Shown here: positions 12,790 through 24,725 of the stretch, one piece after another | How the letters are laid out: each line of letters opens with the position of its first letter | Position numbering within the stretch: the stretch's first letter is position 1 | The notes under the pieces: generated by a model | Database searches by the model: none | Told to the model about the DNA's origin: nothing | Seen by the model: only the letters and a program-made list of their open reading frames with translations | Source: Psammoneis japonica | Lineage: Eukaryota | Assembly (NCBI GenBank): GCA_008632985.1 | Contig: QPGO01000093.1 | Coordinates: 1-64,000, forward strand | DNA: 64,000 nt | Reading direction: 5' to 3' | Made by a program: the position numbers and the translations under genes

Positions 12790-14200
12790 AAACATGAAAA
12801 CCTCACAAGTGGTGCACTCTATCCAGCAATTCCTGCTGCAGTGCCATGGCCAAGCTGCAGCAGGCATTGTTCTGTGCATCAATCTTGGAACAACAAAACA
12901 GCCAATGGCCAGATTTAAAGTTTGAACAGAGAAAGAGTCATGGCAACCAGCATTGAGCACAATGAGGCACATTGTGGGATCAACAACTGAAGCACAAAGG
13001 ATGCAGAGATGTGAAATCAAGGTCTTGCTGACTGCAGCTGTGTGTGCTGCACATGCACCATGTGTGAGGGAAACAAGAGTTGTCTTTCCAGTGCACCACA
13101 TGCAGATGGAGAGCACTGCACTTGGGAAGATCCTGTGCACTTTGTGTTGCTGAGATGAGACTCTGTGTTGGTCATTTGGCAAATTTTCCCTGCTGTCTTT
13201 AGAGTCTCATTGCAAAGAAGGCTTTGCCACAGCAGCCCCCAGCACAAACTCCTGCAAAATACAAAAAAAACTGTTCATGAAGATGTTCTCCAACAATGGC
13301 GCCAAATGCCAGAAATCAGCTGGTCAAGATGAGAGGTCAAACATCTCCAGAAATGCTTGCATTGTGAGCTGGCTGCTCTCTCCACAGTGCAAAAGGCTTT
13401 GGGCTGGCAAGAAAAAGGCCACAAGAATGACAGCATTCATGAAAAAGTGCTCAGCGCCATTTTTGACATTCTTTGCATCAACAAAGCCAGAACATTTTGG
13501 AAAACAGCAAGGTGCATTGTGTGGTCAACAATTGAAAAAGCAAGAGCAAAGGGTGCACTGATGTGAGAGCAAGATCTTGCTGAATGTGGTGGTGTGTCAC
13601 ACATGATGCCTGTGGTGTGAGTGGAAAGCAAGCACTTCCTTTCTGGTGTGCCTTGTGCAGATGCAGACAGCGCTGCAATTGGAAGGATCCTGTGCATTTT
13701 GAATTGACAAAGGGAGACCCCATGTTGGTCATTTGGCAATCTGCTTGATGTGTTGCCCAAGAATCTCACATTGCAGCAAAAAGTTGGGATGTCACAGTTT
13801 TTGCACTGACTCCTTTGCAGAAAAACATCAGAAGACTTGCTGCCATGAAAATCTCCTCCAACAGTGGTGCCAAATGCAAGGGTGCTGTTGTGTCTTGCAC
13901 AAAATCAGCTGATGAAGAGGAGAGATCAGCTCCACTCAGAGCACTTGCCAACATTGCTCTCCAAAGAACACATGAAAGGTGCTTTGAGATGGGGTGGGGT
14001 TCACACAGCAATGGCAGCTGCACCAACAGCAGAGTGGTGCTCAAAAAGCACACTGCTGACATTTGTTTTGTCAACAAAGCCAGAACATTTTGGAGAACAG
14101 TTTTCCCACACACCATGGTGGTTGCCAACTCTGCAATGGAAACAAGCCAGAGGCAACATTCTGGGAACCCCGTGCACTCTCCAAATGAACAATGACTGTG
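12790..14200. repeat. Three diverged tandem units (~480-570 bp) in degenerate DNA
   Basis: Shared markers 'catgaa..ctc..caa..tgg(t/c)gc' at ~12793, 13276, 13844; 'tcaacaaagccagaacattttgga' at ~13478 and ~14071; 'tgttggtcatttggcaa' at ~13166 and ~13723. Confidence 0.65.
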
Positions 14201-14281
14201 TGTGTGATCTCTTCAACCCATGGTCCTTCATCTCATCCCCAGCTGAACATGTTTGCACAGCTCTGCTGAAACTGCAGAAAC

Positions 14282-17039
14282 TGTTGGAACATTGGGGTGC
14301 AAGGCAGTTTGCACAGGTGAAGGGTGCACTGATGGTTGTTGATGATGTGGCAAATTTGTGTTTGCAGCTCCTCTTGAGTTGTGGTGCAGCATGCATGCAG
14401 ACAAAAGGTCATTTTTGTCACGCCCTTTGTGACATTTAAAGGCTGTAACACGTCACCGTGACACATCAACTCTTGTTGGCAGCTGTGTGTTGCACTCCTC
14501 CCCATGTGTCACGCGTCCATGCGGCTCTTTGCTGACGTGCACTGACACTGCACGGTTTTGGCGGAACAGTGTGGGTGCGCACGAAGGAACGTACAGAACT
14601 GCACAGAGTTTTACGCGTTCGACAGTGATCAACGTTGCTGCAGACAACTCCCACTCAGGGTTTCGAACCCCTGGCCTCCTGCCCAATGGTTGCGAGATGA
14701 ACCACTCCGCTGTGAATTCACAACGCAGCATGCATGCAGACAAAAGGTTGTTTTTGTCAAGCCCTTTGTGACATTTAAAGGCTGCAACACGTCGCCGTGA
14801 TGCATTGACTCTCATTGGCAGCTGTGTGTTGCAGTGGGTCTTGTGCTCACTTTTTGGCTTTTGCACCAGGTTGGCACAACAACAGCGTGCATCATGCCTC
14901 GCTGCTGGACAACACGGCGAGACCGTGCATGAGCCTCTTGTGTGTGGCAACGTGGTGTTGTCGACACGCACCTGGGAAGCACGACCACAGGAGGGTGTGG
15001 CTCCAGGTCTCAGGCAATTCCAGAAGGATGCCAAGAGAGCATCCGTGTGAAGCACACCAGCCCATCGTCTGGCCCACGATGGCAGCGTGATTCCACACGA
15101 TGACATCACTCGTGCATGGCGCGTGATGGCTTGATTCGCATGATCCACAATGTGAACGCACGATTGATTTGATGCGATCCAAATGCGAACGAACAGAGAT
15201 TTGGCAAGATTCCCCATTCGCACGATCCCATTTTCTCTGCTCTAAACTGGCTCACAATTTTCACAACGACAAAGTCGCAACACATCTTCTTTTCAGCACC
15301 CAGCACACACACAGGGCAAGTGGTGGCAGCAACAAAAATGTGTTTGCACTCCATGCAGCAAGAGTTCAGGGATTGGCAAGACTGAGTGTGTGCCAGCCAG
15401 CAAGCCGTGAAATCCCAACACAGAAGAAGCCAAGAAAAAGGCTGGCTGGCAAGTCATCAAGAATCCAAAGGTGTGAGTTGTGTCAGTGGATGATTGTGGC
15501 AAACAAGCTGGCTGGACAAAGGCAAAGAGACAATCTCTGGAGGGCCTTGCTGCAAGGAAGCTGTCAAGGGTCTGTGCTGAAAGAGGGTGCAGTGATGTTG
15601 TGTTGGGCCAGAGACATGGCTGGGCAAGGATGCAGCAGCTGAGTGTGGAAGCAAAAATGATTTGAAGGAGTGGGTGCATGATGCCATTGCTGAGTTGGAT
15701 CAAGAACAGGCAGATTGTCACATGGAGACCACAAGAAAAATGAGAGAGCATGTTGGAAAAGAATGTTCAGGTGCCACCGGAGATGCAGGCACTGGTGTCT
15801 CTGAGGCAGCAGAGCAACAAAACGGAGGAGCCGGAACATCCATCGGGCGATGCCATGTCTCAGAAAAGGACAAGACAATCGGAAGGAAGCAATGTGATCA
15901 CCACATGAAACAGGATGCAATCTGCAAGATGCAGAAGGCAAAGGCATTTTATGTGGTTGTGGGACAGTGCACTGAGGCTGTCCACCACAAGGTTGAAGGA
16001 GTGACAGTGTCTGAGAGGGTCACAAAAATGTGGGACAGTGTGGTGGCACCATTGGAAATTCTCAAGTCAATTTTGTTTGAGGAAACAAGAGAATCTGCTT
16101 GCATGTCCAGGTGGCTGAGGCTTGGAAGCAGCTGGCACTCATTTGTCAGGATGAAGGAGCAAGAGGCACTTCAAGATTGTTGCTGGAATCAGCTCATGAG
16201 TGGTGTTGAGATGGCGGAGAAGGGTCTTGCAACAAACTCATTCCTGAACAATTGTCAAGAAAGAAGGTGGGTTTAACAGGGATGCCAACAATGTCTGAAA
16301 CAAAGAAATGAGAAAAGAACAAGGTGTCTGTGGCACCACCAATGGAAGGCACAAGGAATGTTGTCATGTCTTGAAAGACCTGCACAGGCAGTTTGAGCTG
16401 GGGGGATGGATGATTTTCCCAATTTGGCTCAGGAGACACTGCAGGTGTTGGACACATGTGGGTCCAAAAAAAAACCTGAGAGCACAAGCTTTGTGCGAAA
16501 TGAGAAAAAGCAGACCAAACGCTGGAGCTGGAAATGCAACAAGGTTGGGCATGTGAAAAAGGGCTGCCCTTCCTCCTTTGCTCCATGATGATGATGAGAT
16601 CATTCATCAGTGGAGTCAGACAGTGCAAGCTTTGGGAATTGGCAGAGCAGTCAAAGTGGTGTTGGGTGGCATGGTTTCCAAATTTTGCCCTCCTGTGGTC
16701 ATCGCGCATTGGGTCAATCAACTGATGGCTCTTGTGCGAAGTGTGAAGGAGTGTGTCAGAACATTGGGGTGCTGTGGGGCAGTTTTCTTGCAGGACAGAC
16801 AGACAACATTGCAGTGAAGTGTGCACTGATGATTGTTGATGATGTGGCAAATTTGCACTCGCAACTCCGGTTGAGTTGCAGGTCTTGTGCTTGCTGTTTG
16901 GCTTTTGCGCTGCTGGTTGACACGGCAGCAGCGTGGCAGCACCAACACGGAAATGTGTTTGCAAAAATCTGTGCAGGGTGAGTTCAGGGATCGGTGAGAC
17001 TGAGCGCACAACCAGTCAGCAAGCCATGAAATCCCAACA
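14282..17039 (+). mobile_element. Non-autonomous gag-only LTR retroelement, copy 1, with two nested insertions in the 5' LTR
   Basis: Termini TGTTGG...CCAACA; 5-bp TSD GAAAC (14277-14281, 17040-17044); 5' LTR 14282-15420, 3' LTR ~16754-17039 after purine tract GAAGGAG; internal gag-like 'KAKAFYVVVGQCTEAV'. Confidence 0.8.
14385..14833 (-). mobile_element. TRIM-like element (449 bp) with 110-bp terminal direct repeats and an internal tRNA-like segment
   Basis: Repeats 14385-14494 and 14724-14833 (outer ends TG..CA); 4-bp TSD GTGG (14381-14384, 14834-14837); 'ctcctcccc' next to the left repeat reads as a polypurine tract on the minus strand. Confidence 0.75.
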
Positions 17040-17313
17040 GAAACATGATGCCAAGAGGGAGCCTGAGCATTCGGAGATTTTTTTTTGTGGCAGGACACAT
17101 CCTGCCGCATCGTCTCGTGCATCGTTCAGTGTGGGAGAGATCGACGGGATCGGGACGGGGCGCGGGCGGTGCACGCATGCGTGCACAGCGATCCAGTCGC
17201 ACAAGATAAGGATTCTTCATTCGCGATGTCGGATAGTTGTTGCTGTTCACGCATCCGGATGATTCACAAGAGCGAGCGACGTCGTTGTTTATATTTCATT
17301 GGGAGTGTACAAC

Positions 17314-18126
17314 ATGAGTCCTGTCCCTTCCGCAAATGAGTTTCGTCATTTGATCAAGCGCGATCCCAGTGAGCCAAATCTTGGAGATGGCACAGGTACG
17401 AAGTGCGAACTCGTTTGATTTTTTCATGTTGCCGTGTTTGGTGCTAACCATGCTTCATGTTTGCGTGGCATAGACGCCATGCCGTTAATGGAGGAACATA
17501 AAACTATTGATCTCTCCGTTTCTCAGGGAATCACCACTCCTGGTCCTTTATTTGTGGACTCCTTTACTGTTACCAACTTGAAGGACAGCACACCGTATGC
17601 AGGAGGGATTTGTCTGAAGGGAAGAAGAATGCAGTCTCATCTTTACCTCGAGGATGGAAAGGGCAACGTCCTTGCTGTTCTGTTGAAAGAAAAGGGACTA
17701 AGGGACCACAAGCAATTCAAAATCTGTTCTCACAGAAAGTTCCACGACAGTCAACAGCCTCTTCTAGCTAAGGATGACAAGGGACGACCTCTCTACTGCT
17801 GGGCCAAGACAAGCGATGACAAATTTCACAACGAGCAGCTCAAAGTCGAGGTATTTTCCCACAAACATGGCGGAAAGTATGTTGAAACTTACACATCCCA
17901 ACCGCATCCCCTCAAGGGTGGACTCTCGACTCAGACGTACCACTTCCCTCCCATCTCATTCAAAAGGAGTGATGGTAGCTACGTCGCATTTGTTACCGAA
18001 AAGGAACGAGAAAACCCTCTTTCCGGGCCATCTTTTGCGGTTCACGTTGCTCCAGGCATGGATCCTTGCTTGATGATTTGCTTCATTGGTATTCTCACTG
18101 AGTTCGAACAGGGTTTTCTCTCTTAA
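17314..18126 (+). CDS. LURP-one/tubby-C-like protein
   Basis: Exon 17314-17395, intron 17396-17473, then ORF ending 'FAVHVAPGMDPCLMICFIGIL', the typical final strand plus buried helix of the tubby-C/LOR fold. Confidence 0.6.
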
Positions 18127-18414
18127 AGCCGTTGTTGCGAAAACTTAGGGCCCCTATCCGTGGTGTGTTTTCTGTTGGTGGTTTTGAATTTTTAATTGTG
18201 TTAAGTTATATAGCAAGTAGGAAACCATTCAAGGTATTAGTTACAACGTGGCCTTGTGCTCTACTACGGGATTCCGTGTTCTTCTTGGTTTGCTGGTTTG
18301 TATTACATACAATACGTTAGGAACCGAGCAACCATAACTACGCGGTTCAACATGTTACGCACTGAAAGGAATGCGGTTGATGGAAGCTATACCGGTATAC
18401 AGCTTTCCCCTACT

Positions 18415-18620
18415 GAAGATAGAAGAGAGTGCTAGCTACTCTACTCTCTTCAGTAAGAGAGGGCCCTATCTCTCTGATCTATCTGCTCTTCTGCCCACCT
18501 ACCGTATTATCTGCCCGCCAACTCTCTAGAGAGAGAGTAGAGAGTAGGAGTAGCTACTCTAGAGAGTCTCTCTACTAGCTCTACTAGAGCTACTCTCTAC
18601 TCTCTAGTAGAGTGAGGCTA
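18415..18620. repeat. Low-complexity TAGAG/CTCTA/CTAG-rich tract
   Basis: For example 'ctctctagagagagagtagagagtaggagtagctactctagagagtctctctactagctctactagagctactctctactctctagtagag'. Confidence 0.8.
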
Positions 18621-19397
18621 CCGTGATTTTGGATATTTTCGATGACTTTGAAACTGTGGAACACTTGGGGGTCGCGATTTGGAGTTTTTGACCCCCAGAC
18701 CTATTTTAATGCACGCCCACATGTCTGTAGAATGCATTAAAATACCAACGGTCCAAATCAGGTCGTGTTTAGCATATCAAAAGTGTTCCACAATTTCGGT
18801 TGCTCGCCAATCAAAGAAATGAGGCACAACATTAATTATTTTAATAATTATATATATTTCAATGATCACACCCAAAACTCATACCTCATCTTCCGAAAAA
18901 ACCGCCAGAGCTTACCCCCCCCATTCCCCCCCACGGAATGAGCAGACTCTCAGCTTTCCATCGATGTATCGCATGTGGGGTAACTGTGCGTACAAAATTT
19001 CAACTCATCATAAATACTCAAGTGCACGGTACGCTCGATATCGACCGGTAGGCCCACGTGCGTGCGTACCGTATGTACGTACCGACAGTCTGTCAATGGT
19101 TGAGAGCTCGTGACGAGCTGGACAACGTCAAACACATGTTGTATCGGTCGGAGTGAGCGGAAAGCGAATGTTTGTCGTTGAAAATTTGGTATTTATTTAA
19201 GTAAAAATAACTGTTATATTCGCCTTTTTTTAATTGATTTTTATGTTTATATAAAATCGTTAATCATATCATAAATGTGACATTTAATCCGGGGTTCGGG
19301 AATATCATACAGGTTTGAATACTATATAAATTACTTATGGGACACCTTGTTTCTACACTTTGCTCTTGTTCTGGAGCTTTCACAATGGACGATATCA

Positions 19398-19460
19398 AAA
19401 ATCGGCTTTCGTCACTCGCTAGAACTGGGTGTTTTCTAGCGAGTGACGAAAGCCGATTTT
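19398..19460. other. Perfect 27-bp inverted repeat with 9-nt loop
   Basis: aaaatcggctttcgtcactcgctagaa (19398-19424) / ttctagcgagtgacgaaagccgatttt (19434-19460). Confidence 0.95.
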
Positions 19461-19719
19461 CGATAAGTGTTTTCAGTATCGAGATTTTTGAACAGCAAAA
19501 AAACTTCGCTACCATTGACAGACCGTCGGTAGGGAGGAAATCGGTCTGACCTTCGCCTCCGACCGTTCCGAAGCAGAACACGAGAACACGATGCGACACG
19601 CGAGAGGCGAGAGGCGGCGAGAGCACACGCGCACAGCATCAACGTTGTTTCGTTGAAGCCCCTCCTCTCCTTTGTTGTCACAGCCCCCCCTAACCAATAG
19701 TGCCCAGTTCAGTGTAAGA

Positions 19720-20221
19720 ATGAGCGGTTATGCATCGCGAAGGTCGTCAAATGTGAGTTCTCAGAGAGATGGGAGATAACTCATTTGTTCCATATGTTTT
19801 CTTGTTTTCTTTCATGATTCCTCATCTCTGTCTGTTTTTCGCTCGCTGCTCGCAGTCCCGACTTCCACCCGAAGTCAACCGCATCCTCTATGTGAGGAAC
19901 TTACCGTTTAAGATCACAGCAGAGGAGCTATACGCAATATTTGGGAAATATGGAGCGGTTTTTCAAATTCGATTGGGCGATAAGAGCAAAGACACTCGGG
20001 GCACTGCTTTCGTGGTGTACGAAGACATTTATGATGCCAAGGCGGCCGTGGATCATTTAAGTGGATTTAATGTTGGAGGGCGCTATTTGATTGTGCTGTA
20101 CTACCAGCCCGTTAAGTTTCAGAAGCGAATTAATGCAGAAGAGAAACAGAAAGAGCTCGATGAGCTGCGAAGGCAAGTCAAGGCAAAGAAAGCAAAATTG
20201 GCCAGGGAGAACGACGATTAG
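19720..20221 (+). CDS. SF3B6: Splicing factor 3B subunit 6 (p14), RRM protein
   Basis: '[37 protein letters not shown]....[33 protein letters not shown]'; intron 19753-19855. Confidence 0.95.
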
Positions 20222-20444
20222 CAAAAAAGTTGCTTGTAACGCTGCGAGAAACATGAAACACGGGGAACATTGTGGTTTCTGTGCTACTCTAGAAAGATAT
20301 GGCGCGAGTTGAACATTTGTTGTGTATTACTTGAACGCATGGTGGCGAATTTCTTTGAGAGATTTCGTAGTTCAGACTGTTTCCTTGTCGCCTTCAGTTC
20401 AGGAGGCACAAGACATGACGATGCACAAACTTAAGGAAACCTGA

Positions 20445-21068
20445 CTATGTTTCATCTATTCCTAGAAAGTGCTCCCAAGAGATCCACTTTCCTAATCGTC
20501 CGTAATACTCGTCGGGTCGAGCTGGTACATAAGGATTTCTTTTCTCGCCCATGCTGATCCAAGCCTTCCACTCTTCTTCTGTATTCCATCGACTCCACGC
20601 CTTGACCCACTTTCTGCATTCCTCATAAGGTAGGAATCGCGGCCCTGCCTTGAGAAATCGTTTTGTGTTTTGCTCCTCCAGTCGAAGCTTTTCCACTCTC
20701 CAATTCAAATCCTCAATGACGGACAGCTCGCCGTCACCAATAGTCTCATCGTCTTTTTCATCACTATTCTTTGTCATTCCAAGTTGAGGTCGAGGCGCCA
20801 TGACCTCTTTCAATACAATAGCTCTATTTCCAGCGCACGCCAATGATGCCATGCCGAATCCTTTGGAGGAAGTCATCGACTTCATCAAAATTATCCATGC
20901 CAAAATACAACATTTTGGGATTCCTCTTTTCCGCTTCTCGATATAAAGCGAGGGCTTCATGGTTTTAAGCATCTTTGAACTCAGCTGTGATGAACTTCTT
21001 AGGTTGGTAGAGCGTTGGCACAGTCTTGGAGCACAATGAGAAAGCACAGATGATGATGTTGTCGTCAA
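20445..21068 (-). CDS. Hypothetical protein with C-terminal Trp-rich module (phage-integrase-repeat-like); true start uncertain
   Basis: 'FLPYEECRKWV...W..EEEW..W....VPARPDEYY...W.SW..FLG'; normal dinucleotide composition. Confidence 0.6.
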   Translation of the reverse strand: MTTTSSSVLSHCAPRLCQRSTNLRSSSQLSSKMLKTMKPSLYIEKRKRGIPKCCILAWIILMKSMTSSKGFGMASLACAGNRAIVLKEVMAPRPQLGMTKNSDEKDDETIGDGELSVIEDLNWRVEKLRLEEQNTKRFLKAGPRFLPYEECRKWVKAWSRWNTEEEWKAWISMGEKRNPYVPARPDEYYGRLGKWISWEHFLGIDET

Positions 21069-21514
21069 AAATTCCGATCGTCGCTCCGCCGCCTCGGAGG
21101 GAGGTTCCGTGCGCAGTAGTTTGCTACTAACATTCTACGTAGAACGTTACGACGTCATGATTTCCGGGTCACTAAAGGGACAGCGCGTCTTTTGCTGCAT
21201 CTTATCGATCGATTCAACACATGGGTCTGACAAGGACTAAGTTCATTCAGTCATAAGGACTCAATTCGGTTTTTTACTGGTGGCACACGACGAGAGGCGC
21301 CGTGCACGACCAAGCAACAATGAGAATGTCACCACAGTGCTCCTCACTGAGACAAGGCTGATGCACGCACGTTTCCTTGTGGAGACAACATCACAAAGTG
21401 CATGAGATGTGGGTGCCAGGGAAATGCCATCTTTCGTGTGTGAGAGGGCTCCTGGGAAAGAGAGCAAACCAAAAATGAACACACATGGGTGTCACTGCTG
21501 GAAGCAAGGGGGTG

Positions 21515-23526
21515 TGTTGGAGCTGGGGTGAGAGGTGGCTTTCACAGGACAGACAGACAAAATTGCAGTGAAAAGGGCACAATGACGACCATGGATGATG
21601 TGGTGAATTTGCGTTCATGGCTCGGGCTGAGTTGCAGGCTTTGGGCTCACTTTTTTAGCTTCTGTGCTTGGTCAAAACAGCATCGCTGCAACAGCAGCAC
21701 TTGGTGTCACCGGGATGTGTTTGCAAGAGATGCGATGAGTTCTGAGTCAGCAAGGCTGAGCACACACCTGTCAGCAAGTCATGAAACTCAAATGCAGAAG
21801 CTAAAAAGTCACAGCATGACACTCAAAGGGAGCAGTTCAGCTCAAAGGCAAAGGCACTGGTGGTGGGAAGCCACCAGGAGAGCCCCCAAGAACATGGGCC
21901 ATGAAGTCGTCAGGAGGAATCCAAAGGCGCACACCTCACGTTGGCTGGTGGATCATGACAAACAAGCTGGCTGGGTGAGGGTGAAGAAACAATCTCTGGA
22001 GGGTGTTGCTGTGAGGAAGCTGTCAAGGGTCTGCTGAAAGAGGGTGTGGCAACAATGTGTCAGGGTCAGCGAGGCTGAGCATGTGACAGCATGCGAGCTG
22101 CAAGGGAAACTCCAACATTGGTGCCGGATGACATGGGCAAGGACAACAGCTGAGTGTGGGGAAGTGCAAAAGATCAAAAGGAGTGTGTGAATGACTCCAT
22201 TGCCAAGCCAGGTTGGCAGGCAGATGGCTGCAAAGAAACCATGAGGAAAATTGACGAGCATGTGTCGGGAGAGTGTGCTTGGGCCAAAGATGCAGGCACT
22301 GCTGGCATCTCTGAGGCAGGAAAGCATGCCAAAAGAGCCAGAGCATCCATTGGAAGACACCACATCAGGGAAGGACAAGGCAGTCTGGGGCAAGCAATGT
22401 GTGATCACTGCGCAAAACAGAGTGGCCGTGATCAACAAATGATGCAGAAGGCAAAGACATTTGATGCAATTGTGGGATAGCGCGCCCAAAAGCTGCTGTC
22501 CATCAAGGTCAAGGAGTGTGATGGAGTGTGTGAGAGTTACAAAAAAGTGGGGCATGGCACAGCACTGTTGGAAATTCTCAAGTTCATCCTGGCTGTTTGA
22601 CGCAAATGTGAGGATCCACTTGTGCATGTCCAGGCAACTGGGCGAGGCTTGGAAAAAGTTGGCGCACTCAGTTTTGTCAGGATGAAAGAAGAGAGGTGCC
22701 TCAAGATGACTGCAGCGAGTTTGTGAGCATTGTTGAGATGGTGGAAGGGTCCCACAGCAAAGTTCTCCCAGAAAAGTTTGACAAGAAAGAAGACAAGTTC
22801 AGCAAGGACACTGACGACACTCACAAAAAAACAAGTTCTTGTCAGTGGCACTGCCAGTGGAAGGCACCAAGGAACATTGGCATGTCTTGAAAGACCTGCA
22901 TTGGCAGCTTGCACTGGGGGTTGATGATTGTCTCAAGTTGGCCAAGAAGGCACTGCAGATGCTGGGTGCACATGAGGCCAACAAAAACCTGTGGGTGCAA
23001 GCTTTGCACAACAAAGAAAACAGCAAGTCAAGTGTTGGAAATGCAACAAGAAGGTTGGGCATGTGAAAAAGGATTGTCCTCAACTCAATGGCAGTGATGA
23101 TCATTTGTCTGTGAAATCAGATGCCTCAGGCTGTGGGAATTGGCAGAGTGGTTGAGGTGGCATTGGATGTGGCATGGTTTCCAAGTGTCATCCTCCCATG
23201 CTTGGTGCACATGAGGCCCAATCAATTGACAGCTGTTGTGAGGGAGTTTGTTCGAATGTTGGGGTGAGAGGCAGTTTTTGCAGGACAGACAAACAACATT
23301 GCAGTCAAGGACACAGTGCTGACAATGATTGCAGATCATGTGGTGAATTTGCATTTGCAGCTTGGGCTGAGTTGCTGGTCTTGTGCTTGCTTTTTTAGCT
23401 TCTGCACCCAATGGACACAGCAACAGTGCTTGACAGCATTGGGGATGTGTTTGCAAGCCATGCAGTGAGTTTGGAGTCAGTGAGACCAAAAGGGCACACC
23501 TGCGGGCAAGCCACAAAACTCCAACA
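21515..23526 (+). mobile_element. Non-autonomous gag-only LTR retroelement, copy 2 (2012 bp)
   Basis: Termini TGTTGG...CCAACA; 5-bp TSD GGGTG (21510-21514, 23527-23531); LTRs ~21515-21794 and 23249-23526; purine tract GAGGGAG before the 3' LTR; interior colinear with 15420-16750. Confidence 0.8.
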
Positions 23527-24725
23527 GGGTGGGTGCACATGGAAAAAGTTGAAATTCACACAGTGAAAAGAGTGCTTTCTTGACTCCAAGCAGTGTTTTG
23601 CGATGGCAGCACACTGTGGTCTGTCAGCTGACCAGATCTGCTGCACATGTGGTCAGACTGAGAGCCGCAAGATCTGGCTGCCTCTTCACTCTTTCTTGCT
23701 GGTGGCATGCATGGCTGTTGCTGTGTCTCCTGTTTGAGATTGGCTCAGTTTGTGATCCAAGCAAGCTTGCTTTTGTGTTTTTTTCTTTTTCTGCAAGTTT
23801 TTTCTCATGGAGCCAAGACATTTGTTGGGCCACAAGACAGCACTGCTTTTCTGCTGTGGGGTTGCAGGGTCAACTGCCCCCTCCAGGGTGCCGCTGGGGT
23901 GCCAAGCAAGTTGGAAAAGACATTTTCTGATGCCCTTGCCAAGATCACTGTGGTGTTCCAACAACACATCCCCAAGAGTCACAAAGTGCCTGCAAAAGAG
24001 ACTTTTTGTAGTGACAACTGAACTGAGCCAGTTTTTTGTTGATGAAAAGCATTCCCAATTATCCACAGTTGGTGTTGACCCCTTGGCTCTCACATGCACC
24101 ATCCATTGCACACATTTTCAAGAAAGCATCTCTCAAGGTGCAAGCCCCAATCATTGACAACAAACCATCTCAACTCTCAAGACAGATGTTGGGCCACAAA
24201 CTCCAACTTTCTCAAAAGAATTGCCTCACAAAAGCGATCATTGTGGTTGGAACACTGCACCTCTTCTTTGAACCTGGCCTGAAACATGCTCATGGGGACT
24301 GGAATGAATTTTTCGACAAACCTTTTCTGCAGGCCCAGAAGTGTGCCCCAAGACTCCAGTGGAGCGGCCTGCCAAATCTGGCTTGTCCAATGTCTCGGAT
24401 CTCATTGAGACATTGAATGAGAACCACGCTGCATCAAAAACGCCACCATTCAGAGCAGGTCTTCATTGAGTTAGAAACCATTCAGTGGTTGAGGATTGGC
24501 TCCATTTTTGCCTCTTCGAGACACGGACAAAAAAGTTGTGCAAGCTAAAAACATCTTGAAAACTGCACAGCGACGGGACGATGAGAAATCATGAACAGGA
24601 CGAGACGCAAGCAACAACGAGACTGGTGACTCAGCAAAGGATTGTCTACTTTTCGATTGACATTACAAGTGAGCTGACGCACTGCCGCAAAACACAGCCA
24701 AATTAAATCTCGGGCCCAGCAAAAT

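Noticed and set aside
14385..14833. CRISPR-like repeat-spacer array
   Set aside because: Only two 110-bp repeats with a TSD in a eukaryotic context; fits a TRIM.
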